NCBI GenBank assembly: GCA_963663965.2
Contig: CAXXFK010000018.1
Coordinates: 100,421-164,420 of the forward strand
From: Sedimentisphaerales bacterium
GTDB lineage: Bacteria; Planctomycetota; Phycisphaerae; Sedimentisphaerales; SM23-30
Length of the DNA: 64,000 nt
Direction: 5' to 3'
In this document: piece by piece, positions 40,970 through 50,711 of the stretch
Numbering within the stretch: the first letter of the stretch is position 1
How the letters are laid out: the number at the start of each line of letters is the position of its first letter
Made by a program: the position numbers and the translations under genes
Notes under the pieces: model-generated
The model's input: the letters and a program-made list of their open reading frames with translations, nothing else
The model's database searches: none
What the model was told of the DNA's origin: nothing

Positions 40970-41298
40970 TTTTCAGGTGGAGTTATCGTCTGGGCGGGGG
41001 CAGTCGTCCCGGAAGGAGCCCGGAGAGCGACTGGAGTTCGTCATGGATTAATAGGCGGGAACGAGGAATCTGGCAGCGGCGGTTCTGGGAGCATTGGGTT
41101 CGGGATTCGGTTGATTATGAAAATCATGTCCATTATATTCATTATAATCCAGTGAAACATGGATATGTCGAGTATCCGCAGGATTGGCCGTGGTCGTCGT
41201 ATCATAAATTTGTGGACAAGGGCTGGTACGCGGGATTTGATTGGAATCGCATCGGTGAATTGGAGATACCGGATGCGTATGAAGATGGGCAAAAATAA
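40970..41298 (+). pseudogene. REP-associated tyrosine transposase (RAYT), C-terminal fragment
   Basis: RRERGIWQRRFWEH.VRD..DY..HV.YIHYNPVKHG.V..P.DWPWSSYH; the N-terminal HUH half is absent. Confidence 0.85.
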
Positions 41299-41332
41299 TC
41301 CGTATAGACAGAGTGTTTCTTTCACATTAAAG

Positions 41333-41399
41333 AACAGCGTGGGCGGCGCCCACCCGACGGGTTGTGGAGGAATCAAACAGCGTGGGCGGCGCCCACCCG
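41333..41399. repeat. Two REP-like palindromes (24-bp exact direct repeat, 43-bp period)
   Basis: aacagcgtgggcggcgcccacccg at 41333-41356 and 41376-41399, containing the gtgggc-ggc-gcccac hairpin, just downstream of the RAYT fragment. Confidence 0.85.
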
Positions 41400-41409
41400 G
41401 GGTTTGGAA

Positions 41410-43050
41410 TTATTGGGGTTTGACGATTTTTAAATAATCGGGCAGGGGGGAGTTTTTGAGGGTTTTGATGCCCTGGGTGAGGCAGGTGGCGTTGGACTGG
41501 GCGCCGAGGGCGTTGGTGTGGGTGGTTTCGTTTTTGTCGAAGTAAAGGGCGGTGACGGTTTTTTGTCCGATCTGGTCGTAGTGGTCGGCGATGAGCCGGT
41601 TGAGGTCGATAAAAAGGGCATCTTGTGCCTGGGCGGCTTGTCGGGCCCAGAGGGCGTAACTGTCGGTGGCGCGGTTGACGGTGTCGCCGGTCCAGTGGTT
41701 GCGCGGGATGGGAGAGCAGACGATGGCGGTGGCGCCTTTGGCCTGGATTTCCTGGATGTACTGGCGGAGGTACCAGCCGTAGGAGTAAACGGTTTCGGGT
41801 TGGCCGGTGAGCAGGTTGTCGATCTGCTGGGTTTCGTCGGTGTTGCCTTTGATGGTGCCGCGGGCGCGCTGGCGGTCGTTGATGGGAGAGGAGTCGTTAT
41901 GGCCGAACTGCATGATGACAAAGTCGCCGGGTTGGATGCGGTCCAGGATGGGCTGCCACAGGCCGGAGGTGCGGAAGGAGCGGCTGCTGGTGCCGCCCAT
42001 GGCGCGGTTTTCGATATTGAGGCGGGTGCGGTCGAAGAAATCGGCGATGGGCGCGCCCCAGCCCCACTGGCCGTTGGCGCCGTCGCCGCGGCTGCCGGTG
42101 CGGACGGTGGAGTCGCCGATGAGGTAGAGGGTAGGCAGGTCGGGATTGGATTTTGGTTGGGCCGCGGGCATCCAGGGGGCGATGAGCCATTGACGGACCT
42201 GATCGACCAGGACGGGGGGATGGTAGGGGGTGACAGTCTGGCCAAGGTCAGAGAGGGCAGCGGTGAGGGGGGTGTCGATGACCTTAAGGCCGGAAACGAC
42301 CATTGCGGCGTTGATAAACGCGCCTTCGGGGCCGGTGTGGGTGTGGTCGATGGGGAATAACTGACGGACACGGATGGGGCCGAGCAGGTGGTACTGGTCG
42401 GCGATCATTTCGCGCAGGTCGATAAAGGTGACGCCGGTCTGGTCGGCCAGTTGGCGGGCCAGGGCGCAGAAGGTGTTTTTCCGTTCGATCTGGCCGTTGG
42501 GCCAGACGTTGCGGGCGGTCATGGTCAGGATGATCGGGGTGGCGCCGGCGGCCCGGGTTTCGGTGATCATTTTACGCATGTACCAGCCGAACGAATGGAC
42601 GACTTCGGGTTGGCGGGTGACCTGGTTGTCGATTTTTTCGGATTTGTCATCGAGAGTGGGGAACGAGCCGCGGGCCCGGCGGTTATCGTTGATGGGGCCG
42701 GCGTCGTTATGGCCGAATTGCAGAATGACGGTGTCGCCGGGTTTGAGATTATCGCGAATGGCGTCCCAGCGGCCTTCGGTGATAAAGGTGCGGCTGCTGC
42801 GGCCGGCGCATGCCCGGTTGATGATGGTTAACTGGTTGGGGTCGAAAAACTTTTGGAGATGGCTGCCCCAGCCGTTGAGTTTGCCGTTACTGGCGGTGGA
42901 GTCACCGGCGATATACAGTACCGGTGGTCTGTCAGCGGCGGGTTGATCCGGGGTTGATTGCGCGGCGCAGTCGGCCAGGGGGATCAGGATGATGGTAAGC
43001 AGGAGGCTGAACATGGATAGGCAAAATGCTTTTTTTCGATTTTGATTCAT
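41410..43050 (-). CDS. Rhamnogalacturonan acetylesterase-like protein (CE12) with two tandem SGNH domains
   Basis: Two copies of GDST..GWG..NRA..G.SSR.F..QFGHND; DHTH / ETTH; signal peptide. Confidence 0.88.
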   Translation of the reverse strand: MNQNRKKAFCLSMFSLLLTIILIPLADCAAQSTPDQPAADRPPVLYIAGDSTASNGKLNGWGSHLQKFFDPNQLTIINRACAGRSSRTFITEGRWDAIRDNLKPGDTVILQFGHNDAGPINDNRRARGSFPTLDDKSEKIDNQVTRQPEVVHSFGWYMRKMITETRAAGATPIILTMTARNVWPNGQIERKNTFCALARQLADQTGVTFIDLREMIADQYHLLGPIRVRQLFPIDHTHTGPEGAFINAAMVVSGLKVIDTPLTAALSDLGQTVTPYHPPVLVDQVRQWLIAPWMPAAQPKSNPDLPTLYLIGDSTVRTGSRGDGANGQWGWGAPIADFFDRTRLNIENRAMGGTSSRSFRTSGLWQPILDRIQPGDFVIMQFGHNDSSPINDRQRARGTIKGNTDETQQIDNLLTGQPETVYSYGWYLRQYIQEIQAKGATAIVCSPIPRNHWTGDTVNRATDSYALWARQAAQAQDALFIDLNRLIADHYDQIGQKTVTALYFDKNETTHTNALGAQSNATCLTQGIKTLKNSPLPDYLKIVKPQ

Positions 43051-43080
43051 TGGAATCGTCTCACTTTTAATCGAGGCCGG

Positions 43081-43896
43081 TTATAGTTTATGACCGCAAA
43101 ATTTGCAGTAGTCGGCGTCGGAGTCGTGGCCTTCGGCGGCACAGTGGGGGCAGGCCTGGGTGTTGATGGCGGTGTGGTCGGCGCGGACCATTTCGGCGGT
43201 GACGATGCCGGTTGGGACGGCGATGATGGCGTAACCGAGGATCATGACGATGGAGGCGAGGGTCTGGCCGAGGGCGGTCTGGGGTGAGATGTCGCCGTAG
43301 CCGACGGTGGTGAGGGTGACGATGGCCCAGTAGATGCTGCGCGGGATACTGGTGAAGCCGGCGGATTCATCTTCGATGACGTAGATCAGCGAGCCGAGGA
43401 TGACGACCATGATGAGGACGGTGAAGAGGAAGACGAAGATTTTGCGGCGGCTGGCGATGAGGGCGCGGGTGAGGGACTGGGCTTCGGAGACGTAGAGCGC
43501 CAGTTTGAGGACGCGGAAGATCCGCAGGACCCGCAGAATGCGGATGACGGCCAGGACGTGGCTGCCGGGGATGAACAGGCTGAGGTAGGTTGGGATGATG
43601 GCCAGCAGGTCAATGACGCCGAAGAAGCTGCGGATGTAGTGGATGGGCTGGTGGACCACCAGAATGCGCAGGGTGTATTCGATGGTGAACAGTATCGTGA
43701 AGAACCATTCGAGCCGGTTGAGCAGGAGACCGTGCTGCTGATGGATGTCGCGGACGCTGTCGAGCATGACGACCGCGACGCTGCCGAGGATACTGGCGAT
43801 CAGGACCACGTCGAACAGTTTGCCGGCGAAGGTGTCGGCTTCGAAGATGATTTCGAAGAGGTGTTCGCGCCAGGTTCTGGTTTTTACGGATGGCAT
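43081..43896 (-). CDS. Voltage-gated potassium channel / ion transporter
   Basis: S4 IRILRVLRIFRVLKL; pore YWAIVTLTTVGYGD; C-terminal CPHC..C.FC. Confidence 0.92.
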   Translation of the reverse strand: MPSVKTRTWREHLFEIIFEADTFAGKLFDVVLIASILGSVAVVMLDSVRDIHQQHGLLLNRLEWFFTILFTIEYTLRILVVHQPIHYIRSFFGVIDLLAIIPTYLSLFIPGSHVLAVIRILRVLRIFRVLKLALYVSEAQSLTRALIASRRKIFVFLFTVLIMVVILGSLIYVIEDESAGFTSIPRSIYWAIVTLTTVGYGDISPQTALGQTLASIVMILGYAIIAVPTGIVTAEMVRADHTAINTQACPHCAAEGHDSDADYCKFCGHKL

Positions 43897-43906
43897 TAAA
43901 TGGTTC

Positions 43907-44548
43907 TCATTTGCGGGTTGGATTCTGGTCGGATTCGTTAGTGCGCCGGGCTTTTCGGCGGGCCAGTCTTTTTTTGCGCAGGGCCAGCAGCTGCATGAAA
44001 CGCCGGCCCATGGGGGTGTGTTCGCGATACCAGACAATGGAGCGGTAACTGGCAAAGTAGGAAATGATCGCGACGATCAGTCCGATCAACAGGCTGCCGA
44101 TCCAGAGTTCGGCGCCCAGGTCGATCAGTAGCTGTAGCAGATTTTTCCAGAAGGTACTATTATAGAAACAACTCCAGAAGGAGCCGTTGGCGTGATACTG
44201 CGCGAGCATATCCTTGAGCTGTTGATAGCTGTAAGCGCCCAGGTCATTCTGGTTACTGAAGAGGCGCATAATCAGGCGGCCGACCAGGTAATTGGGATAG
44301 TAGATGATAGCCATGGTCAGGGGATTGGAAACCCAGACCATAATGACGCTGGCCTGGATATTGGCGCGGATGATGGTGGCCAGCAGGGCGGCAATGATCA
44401 TTTGCAGGCCGATGGTAGGGGTCCAGCCTACCAACAGGCCCAGGGCGATCCCAAGCGCCAGCCGATGTGGGGTGTCGTCGATATGGAGGATCTTGTTGAC
44501 GATCAGTTTATTGATGCGTTGAAATATGTTTTCGGTTTTATCGTGCAT
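43907..44548 (-). CDS. DUF2062 family membrane protein
   Basis: DDTPHRLALGIALGLLVGWTP..WVSNPLT. Confidence 0.85.
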   Translation of the reverse strand: MHDKTENIFQRINKLIVNKILHIDDTPHRLALGIALGLLVGWTPTIGLQMIIAALLATIIRANIQASVIMVWVSNPLTMAIIYYPNYLVGRLIMRLFSNQNDLGAYSYQQLKDMLAQYHANGSFWSCFYNSTFWKNLLQLLIDLGAELWIGSLLIGLIVAIISYFASYRSIVWYREHTPMGRRFMQLLALRKKRLARRKARRTNESDQNPTRK

Positions 44549-46985
44549 GGTCCGATGAATCGATTTTTTCCATAACGGCTTGTACCTGGTTTAACACGGC
44601 GTCTACGGGGATTGATTCGATGCGATGGCTCTCATGTTTGCTATATCGGCCTACGCGATCCACCTCTTTACCGGCGGCGACGACGTGGTCGATCTGGCCG
44701 TAGGGTCCGACTTTGGCGGGATTGGTCGGGCCGTAAATGCCGATGGTGGGGCGTCCCAGCGCCGCGGCGATATGCAGTGGACCGGAATCGTTGCCAATAA
44801 TCATATGGGCATGACGAAGCAGTTCGGTCATTTCCAGCAGGTTGGTCCGGCCGGTCAGGTTAATCAGGCCGGCGGCTGGACCGCAAGAGTCCATTATTTG
44901 ACTGGCCAGCCCTTCTTCGGTGGCGCCGGCGCCCAGGATGATCGGGGTAAGCTGGTAATGCTGAAATAGCGCCTGGGCCAGTTGGGCGAAACAAGCCGGG
45001 GGCCAGCGTTTGGAAGGGGCGCTGCCGCCGCAGAGCAGGACTGCGTATTGTTCGGGCAAAGGGCTGCCGGTGGTTTCGTTTGCCTTGTGACGGGCGGATT
45101 GCCAGGCTTTGTTATCGATGGGGATCTCGAACGACATGGTCTGGCGATGGAAACCGAGCGGGAATGAGATGGCCCAGTTGTCATCCACAACATGGCGAAT
45201 CCGGCTCTCATCGCGAGTGACGGTGTGGGTATAAAACAGGGGGGCGGCTTCGCGCGCGTATTCGAAACCGATCCGGACCGGAGCGCCGGATAGCCGGGCG
45301 ATCAGGCCGCTGCGGAACAGACCCTGCAAGTCGACCACCAGATCGAACCGGCGCTGACGCAGTTCTTTGCCGAATTCGAGGAAGTCGCGCAGCGAGGTCA
45401 GGCTTTTGGTCATGCGGCCGTAATGTTTGCGATGAAATTCGATGACTTTCAGGCCGTCGATATTGGTGAGCAGTTCGGCGAAGGTGGTATTGATCAGCCA
45501 GGCAATTTCAGCCCTGGGGTAAGCCTGTCTCAGGCCATAATAGATTGGCAGACAGCGAACGACGTCGCCGAGGCTGCTGGGTTTGACAATTAGAATCGAA
45601 CGGTAATCACGTCGTTCGAACGCTACCGTTTCGGATTGATCGTCGTGACAGATGAGGATGGCTTTATTGGTCATGCCGTGGTAGCGATGGTGCAGGACGG
45701 CCAGCGGCCAGGGGGTGGGCTGATAGCGATGAATGGCGTACCAGCTTTCGAACCAGCCGTGCCGCGCCGGACTGCGCCCGGCGCTATAGGTGAGTTTGTC
45801 GATCAGGTTGCTGGTGGAATAGTAATGGATTTTTACCGGCAGTGGGTGGCCGTTGACATTCAGGGAGGCGGTGGTGATTTGGTGTTTGGGCTGTAACCGG
45901 ACCATTTCTTCATCGGGCAGCAGACCACGACCCTGGCTATAGTTGCTTAGCATGATCTGTAAGGCACGCGTCCATTGTTCGGGCGTGAATATTTCGCGGC
46001 TGCCAGCCGAAAAATCGAGCGGACGTTTATGCTGGAGAAAAACGCGCGCCTCCCATCCGGGCGCCGGGTGCACTTTGCGGGTGTAACGGCTGTCACGCAG
46101 GCAGCGTCGATCGTATTTACTTTGCAGTTTAGCCCGCAAGCGGTCCATGGCTTGTGTCAGACGCCGTTGATAGTCCTGGGCTTGTGACAGGGTCCATTGC
46201 TGATGGGGCTGGATGGTTTTGAGGTAGGTGTCGATCAGGGGAGCCATCTGGTCGGCGGAAAACCGCAGAGATAATCCGGAAAACAGCCGGGCCATATTAT
46301 TGACTGCCTCGGGATGCAGGGCGCTGAGCGCTCCTTCGCTTTTTGACGGCCTGAGTTTGTATAAATCGATCAGCCAGGCCCGGGGAGTGTCCAGGTTTGC
46401 TAAGGAAAGGTGGATATTGCCGAAGTGGAAATCATCGTGCAGCAACCGGCCGGCATGCATCTGGCCGGCGATTTTACCGGCGGCCTGCAGGATGGTGCGG
46501 ATTTTCTGTGGATCATTGCGCCAGGATTCATAAGCGTCGTCCCAGAGAAATTGTTCCAGAGTAAAGCCTTCGGGCAGGGCCGGCAGCAGCAGCAGGGCAT
46601 GGCGAGGGCCTTGCGCCCAGCCGAGAGCGCGGGGCGCGGGGACATGGCGTTCGGCGGCCAGCAGGCAGCGCTGAAATTCGATCCGGGCCGGACAACGGCG
46701 GAACTCCCATTTCAGCCGGTCCTGCCAGGTGTTTATCCGGTATAGTTTGACATAGACAGCGATCGAGCCGGCTTCGACTCGATAGATCTGTCGTTGGGGG
46801 TTGGATTTGATCAGGAACGCGTTGGGGCACTGGTCCAGGTGGTTCCAGTCGGGCGCGGATGGGCCGAACAGGCGATCATGGAAGCCGCTGTCGTAGATCC
46901 AGCGCAGATCGCCTTTCCGCAACGAAGCCAGCGCTTCGCTGCCTGGCAATACGGGCACATCTGGAATATCGCGATCATGATTCAT
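44538..46985 (-). CDS. LPS kinase (Kdo/WaaP/InaA-like) fused to a GT9 heptosyltransferase
   Basis: N-terminal VYVK..HDDFHFGNI..LIDL; C-terminal ILIVKPSSLGDVV, DLVVDLQGLFRS, KRWP, IGNDSGPLHIAAALGRPTIGIYGPT. Confidence 0.82.
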   Translation of the reverse strand: MNHDRDIPDVPVLPGSEALASLRKGDLRWIYDSGFHDRLFGPSAPDWNHLDQCPNAFLIKSNPQRQIYRVEAGSIAVYVKLYRINTWQDRLKWEFRRCPARIEFQRCLLAAERHVPAPRALGWAQGPRHALLLLPALPEGFTLEQFLWDDAYESWRNDPQKIRTILQAAGKIAGQMHAGRLLHDDFHFGNIHLSLANLDTPRAWLIDLYKLRPSKSEGALSALHPEAVNNMARLFSGLSLRFSADQMAPLIDTYLKTIQPHQQWTLSQAQDYQRRLTQAMDRLRAKLQSKYDRRCLRDSRYTRKVHPAPGWEARVFLQHKRPLDFSAGSREIFTPEQWTRALQIMLSNYSQGRGLLPDEEMVRLQPKHQITTASLNVNGHPLPVKIHYYSTSNLIDKLTYSAGRSPARHGWFESWYAIHRYQPTPWPLAVLHHRYHGMTNKAILICHDDQSETVAFERRDYRSILIVKPSSLGDVVRCLPIYYGLRQAYPRAEIAWLINTTFAELLTNIDGLKVIEFHRKHYGRMTKSLTSLRDFLEFGKELRQRRFDLVVDLQGLFRSGLIARLSGAPVRIGFEYAREAAPLFYTHTVTRDESRIRHVVDDNWAISFPLGFHRQTMSFEIPIDNKAWQSARHKANETTGSPLPEQYAVLLCGGSAPSKRWPPACFAQLAQALFQHYQLTPIILGAGATEEGLASQIMDSCGPAAGLINLTGRTNLLEMTELLRHAHMIIGNDSGPLHIAAALGRPTIGIYGPTNPAKVGPYGQIDHVVAAGKEVDRVGRYSKHESHRIESIPVDAVLNQVQAVMEKIDSSDHAR

Positions 46986-47005
46986 ACCTTGGGTGCGCCC
47001 ATGGA

Positions 47006-47956
47006 TTATTCTTCTTTTTCGGCGTTAACTTGCGCGATCTGATCCTGCATGGCTTTGATGGCGACGGGCAGGTCTTTATCGAAATCGCGCCATCGTCCTT
47101 CAATGGAAATGCGTCCGCGATAGCCGATCTGTTTGAGCGCTTTGAAATAACCGGTAAAGTCTTCGCCGTTGGTGCCGGGCGCGAGCCGGTCTTTGTTTTC
47201 GGCGATATGGCAGTGATACAGGAGCTTGCCCGCTTTGATAATCGATTCGGGGCCTTCATTTTCGCGCAGCATGTGATAGAAGTCCGCCAACATGCGAATA
47301 TTGGGATGATTGACATCACGGGCGATATCGGTGCCTTCCGAGACGGTGTTAATGAAGTTGCATTCTTTGCTGTTCAGCGGTTCGATGACGACGACCACGC
47401 CGTATTTCTGGGCGATGGGGCCCATTTTTTTGAGCAGGTCGACAAACTGGGCGCGGGCTTCTTCCCGGCTGAAGCCATCGGGAATCTTGCGCGAGCCGCC
47501 GCTGCCGAAGACGATGGCCTTGATGCCAACCACTTTGGCCCGGCGGAATGCCGTTTCGGCCCATTCCAGAATCGCGGGATGGTTGGTTTCGGGCCCGGTC
47601 GATTTCAGATTGCCTGGAATAAAGCTGTTGCAGGCTTCAACGTTCAGTTCCGATTTTTTCAGGACATCGAGGTAATATTTCAGGAATTCCTCATCGCTCT
47701 TATCCGGCATGAGGAACCAGCCGACTCCGGCTTCGACATAGTCGTAACCGGCCGCTTTCATTTTGGCGGATTGATCCGGTTTGGTACAGATACCGAACCG
47801 GGGGGCCAGGATACCGGGTTTGGCGTCAGGACAGCAGGCGCCATTGCAGTCACCGGTGCAGGCGCCTTCGTTGGCGCAATTGTCCGACGAGGTGTTTTGA
47901 GCGGATAAGAATGAAACAGTTAATAAGCCCACGATCAGAATGGCTACAATTTTCAT
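47006..47956 (-). CDS. Secreted sugar phosphate isomerase/epimerase (AP_endonuc_2) family protein
   Basis: GYDYVE, IVFGSG..R, IEPLN..E, DFYHM, HCHIAE, ISIE; signal peptide and a Cys-rich linker. Confidence 0.85.
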   Translation of the reverse strand: MKIVAILIVGLLTVSFLSAQNTSSDNCANEGACTGDCNGACCPDAKPGILAPRFGICTKPDQSAKMKAAGYDYVEAGVGWFLMPDKSDEEFLKYYLDVLKKSELNVEACNSFIPGNLKSTGPETNHPAILEWAETAFRRAKVVGIKAIVFGSGGSRKIPDGFSREEARAQFVDLLKKMGPIAQKYGVVVVIEPLNSKECNFINTVSEGTDIARDVNHPNIRMLADFYHMLRENEGPESIIKAGKLLYHCHIAENKDRLAPGTNGEDFTGYFKALKQIGYRGRISIEGRWRDFDKDLPVAIKAMQDQIAQVNAEKEE

Positions 47957-48113
47957 CGAGAATGCTCCTTTCAAACGTACGATAAACTGTTATCTCAGGT
48001 AAGTTCCTGAAAGCTATTTACGATCATACATGGTAATCCCCGGATTGGGGAGCATCACTATTCCAAAGTAAGTCCGGATGGTGCACTTCAATTGTGATCC
48101 GGCGAGCAGAAAC

Positions 48114-48485
48114 AAGCGGGCGCGTAAGCCGGGTTCTGTTTACCGCGTAGCGGCAGGCGGTCATTTATCTGGACCGACGGTTACCCGTCGGCTCTCCGCC
48201 GAAGCGGAAGCGACTTACCCGGGCCTCAAACGCGCCGGGCCGGCGCTCGGCCCTGCTTAGTCTTGCAGGGGGCGGGGTTTACCATGCCGGTTCCGTTACC
48301 GGAACCGCGGTGCGCTCTTACCGCACCTTTTCACCCTTGCCTGGGTCACAGGGACTCATCGGCGGTATATTTTCTGTGGCACTTTCCCGGGGATCACTCC
48401 CGGCGGCCGTTAACCGTCGCCCTGCCCTGTCCTGCCCGGACTTTCCTCTCGTCCGTAAACAAACGAGCGACCGCCACGCCCACTT
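48114..48485 (-). ncRNA. rnpB: RNase P RNA (type A)
   Basis: Minus strand: gaggaaagtccggg, gaaagtgccacagaaa, ggtaagagc, ggtaaacccc..gcaag, acagaacccggctta; P1 aagtgggcgt / gcgcccgctt. Confidence 0.96.
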
Positions 48486-48654
48486 ATTTCTACTAAAATT
48501 GTAAGACCTTAACCTGCTGGAAGCAATTGAATTCGAATAATCCATGTTAAAATCCGGGGGGAAAGATCGATAATTCGGCGTATCATAGGAACGGGTAGAA
48601 ATTCCCAATTGGTTAGAAGCGGAGTGAAGGTCCGATAATGAGTTTAAACGCGCA

Positions 48655-48694
48655 CAAAAAAGCAGTTCGGACTGACCAGGCAGACCCGAACTGC
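48655..48694 (-). terminator. Rho-independent terminator after the small basic ORF
   Basis: A run plus gcagttcgg...ccgaactgc stem. Confidence 0.7.
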
Positions 48695-48732
48695 ATTAAA
48701 TACCACACTTGAATAAAAAAACCAGGTCAGGA

Positions 48733-48813
48733 TCAGGTCTTGTGATGTCTGGCTTTCCAGCGTGCACGACGCTTTTTGCTGCCGACTTTGCGGCGTCTTC
48801 TGGGCTTACCCAT
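48733..48813 (-). CDS. 26-aa Arg/Lys-rich protein MGKPRRRRKVGSKKRRARWKARHHKT, bS22/mS38-like small ribosomal protein
   Basis: Manual translation; ACAGGAG RBS before ATG; downstream terminator; resembles Bacteroidota bS22 as recalled. Confidence 0.72.
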   Translation of the reverse strand: MGKPRRRRKVGSKKRRARWKARHHKT

Positions 48814-49028
48814 TTTTATCTCCTGTATTATTAATTAGTTACAACTATTTGAATATCGTGAGCGCTATACTATAAAAGAAAAGGGGTTGTGTTTCAAGGT
48901 AATTTTTTTGATCTGAGAGAGGTCGGGGTAATCGTTTTGACTGTTTAGTTGACGAATCATGGGTAAATTCATTATAATCAACCGTTTAATTATAAGATGC
49001 TCCGATACCCCTCCTGAAAGGATTCGAT

Positions 49029-49415
49029 TTGGCCGATTCACTGTGCAGTCAATGTAATGGATTATGCTGTCGTTATGTGGCATTACCGCTGGATACACCC
49101 ACCACGAAAGCGGAATATGACAATATTCGCTGGTACCTGGCCCATGAGGGGATTAGTGTATTTGTCGATAAAGGGGATTGGTATGTTAATTTTGCGGCCC
49201 GGTGCAAGTTTTTGAATCGGGATAACCGTTGCGATATTTATGAAACCCGACCGAAAATCTGCCGGAAATATAATGAAACGAATTGCGATTATCATAGCGG
49301 TGATTATGGCTATGATCTGCATTTTACATCGATAGAAGAACTGGACGAATATCTGGACAAGATCAATATGCTGCCTGAGACAGCCAAAGGCGGCAAGAAT
49401 ACCAAGAAGAAATAA
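49029..49415 (+). CDS. YkgJ family cysteine-cluster protein
   Basis: CSQCNGLCC...CKFL...CDIYETRPKICRKY. Confidence 0.88.
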   Translation: MADSLCSQCNGLCCRYVALPLDTPTTKAEYDNIRWYLAHEGISVFVDKGDWYVNFAARCKFLNRDNRCDIYETRPKICRKYNETNCDYHSGDYGYDLHFTSIEELDEYLDKINMLPETAKGGKNTKKK

Positions 49416-49424
49416 CGAATATTT

Positions 49425-50711
49425 ATGGAAAAGATCCCACCGGTCAAAGGCACACGAGATTTTTATCCGCCGGAAATGGCGGTGCGCAACTGGATTATTG
49501 ACGGCTGGCGACGGGTATCCCGACGCAATGGCTTCGTGGAATACGACGGGCCGATTTTTGAATATTTGCAGTTGTATACTCAGAAAAGCGGTGATGAAAT
49601 CGCCGGGCAGTTGTTTTCGCTGCAGGACCGGGGCGGTCGTGACCTGGCGATTCGCCCGGAGATCACCCCGACCCTGGCCCGGATGGTCAATCAACAGGTG
49701 AACGCGCTGCCGCGGCCGATCAAATGGTTTTCGGCGCCGAGATTGTGCCGGGCGGAGAATCCACAAAAGGGGCGGTTGCGGGAATTCTTTCAGTGGAACA
49801 TTGATATTATCGGTTCGGATGATATGCTGGCCGATGCCGAGTCGATCTATACCGCGGTGGATTATCTGCGCAGTGTGGGTTTAACGGCGGATGATATCGA
49901 AGCGCGGATTTCCAGCCGGGCCATGCTGGCGGAATTGCTGAAGGATCAGGGTTTTGCCGAAGATCAGCTTGACAAGGTGTATGTTCTGCTGGATAAACGG
50001 CCCAAGTTGAATGCCCAGGATTTTGAAAAACTGGTCAGTGAGCAGTTGCCCGATCCGGTTCAACGCGAGCGGATGATGACGATCCAGGGGCTCAAGAGCC
50101 TGGATGAAATCGAACCGCTGGCCAGCTCGGAGAGAGCGAAAAAGGCGCTGGACGATCTGCGTCAGGTTTTCAACTATCTGGACTTGATGGGAGTCGGGGC
50201 GTATTGCCGGTTCGATATCAGTATTGTCCGGGGACTGGCGTATTATACCGGGCCGGTCTTTGAAATTTTCGATAAAAGCGCGACCTTGCGGGCGATTTGT
50301 GGGGGAGGGCGTTATGATAATCTGCTGGCGGGACTGGGCGGCCAGGAAATGCCGGCGACCGGATTTGGCATGGGCGATGTGGTGCTGGAAATACTTTTAC
50401 AGGAGAAGGGTTTGCTGGGCCGGATAGAGGACCGGCTGGATTTCTTTGTGATTGACGCGGCGGCTGGGTTGTTTGAGGAGGCTGTCAGGCTGGTAAGTGA
50501 ATTGCGCGCGATGGGGTATTCCACGGGTATGTCTTACAAGCGTCAGAATATGAAAAAGCAGATGAAACAGGCATCCGGCCAGAACGCCCGCTTTGTGGTG
50601 ATCCTCGGGCAGGAAACGCTCGACGAACAGAAGGTGACGGTCAAGGATATGGAAAAGGGTGAGCAGCAAAGTATTCTGCTGGCGGATTTTTTGAAAAGTC
50701 CTGTCAGTTGA
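49425..50711 (+). CDS. hisS: Histidine--tRNA ligase
   Basis: VKGTRDF, RPEITP, PQKGRLREFFQ, VRGLAYYTG, GGGRYD. Confidence 0.97.
   Translation: MEKIPPVKGTRDFYPPEMAVRNWIIDGWRRVSRRNGFVEYDGPIFEYLQLYTQKSGDEIAGQLFSLQDRGGRDLAIRPEITPTLARMVNQQVNALPRPIKWFSAPRLCRAENPQKGRLREFFQWNIDIIGSDDMLADAESIYTAVDYLRSVGLTADDIEARISSRAMLAELLKDQGFAEDQLDKVYVLLDKRPKLNAQDFEKLVSEQLPDPVQRERMMTIQGLKSLDEIEPLASSERAKKALDDLRQVFNYLDLMGVGAYCRFDISIVRGLAYYTGPVFEIFDKSATLRAICGGGRYDNLLAGLGGQEMPATGFGMGDVVLEILLQEKGLLGRIEDRLDFFVIDAAAGLFEEAVRLVSELRAMGYSTGMSYKRQNMKKQMKQASGQNARFVVILGQETLDEQKVTVKDMEKGEQQSILLADFLKSPVS

Noticed and set aside
41430..42946. Long overlapping alternative-frame and antisense ORFs
   Set aside because: By-products of the high GC3 of the CE12 gene; low-complexity translations.
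46859..47908. 349-aa plus-strand ORF
   Set aside because: Antisense to a well-supported isomerase gene.
48078..48608. Short ORFs over rnpB
   Set aside because: The region is the RNase P RNA gene.
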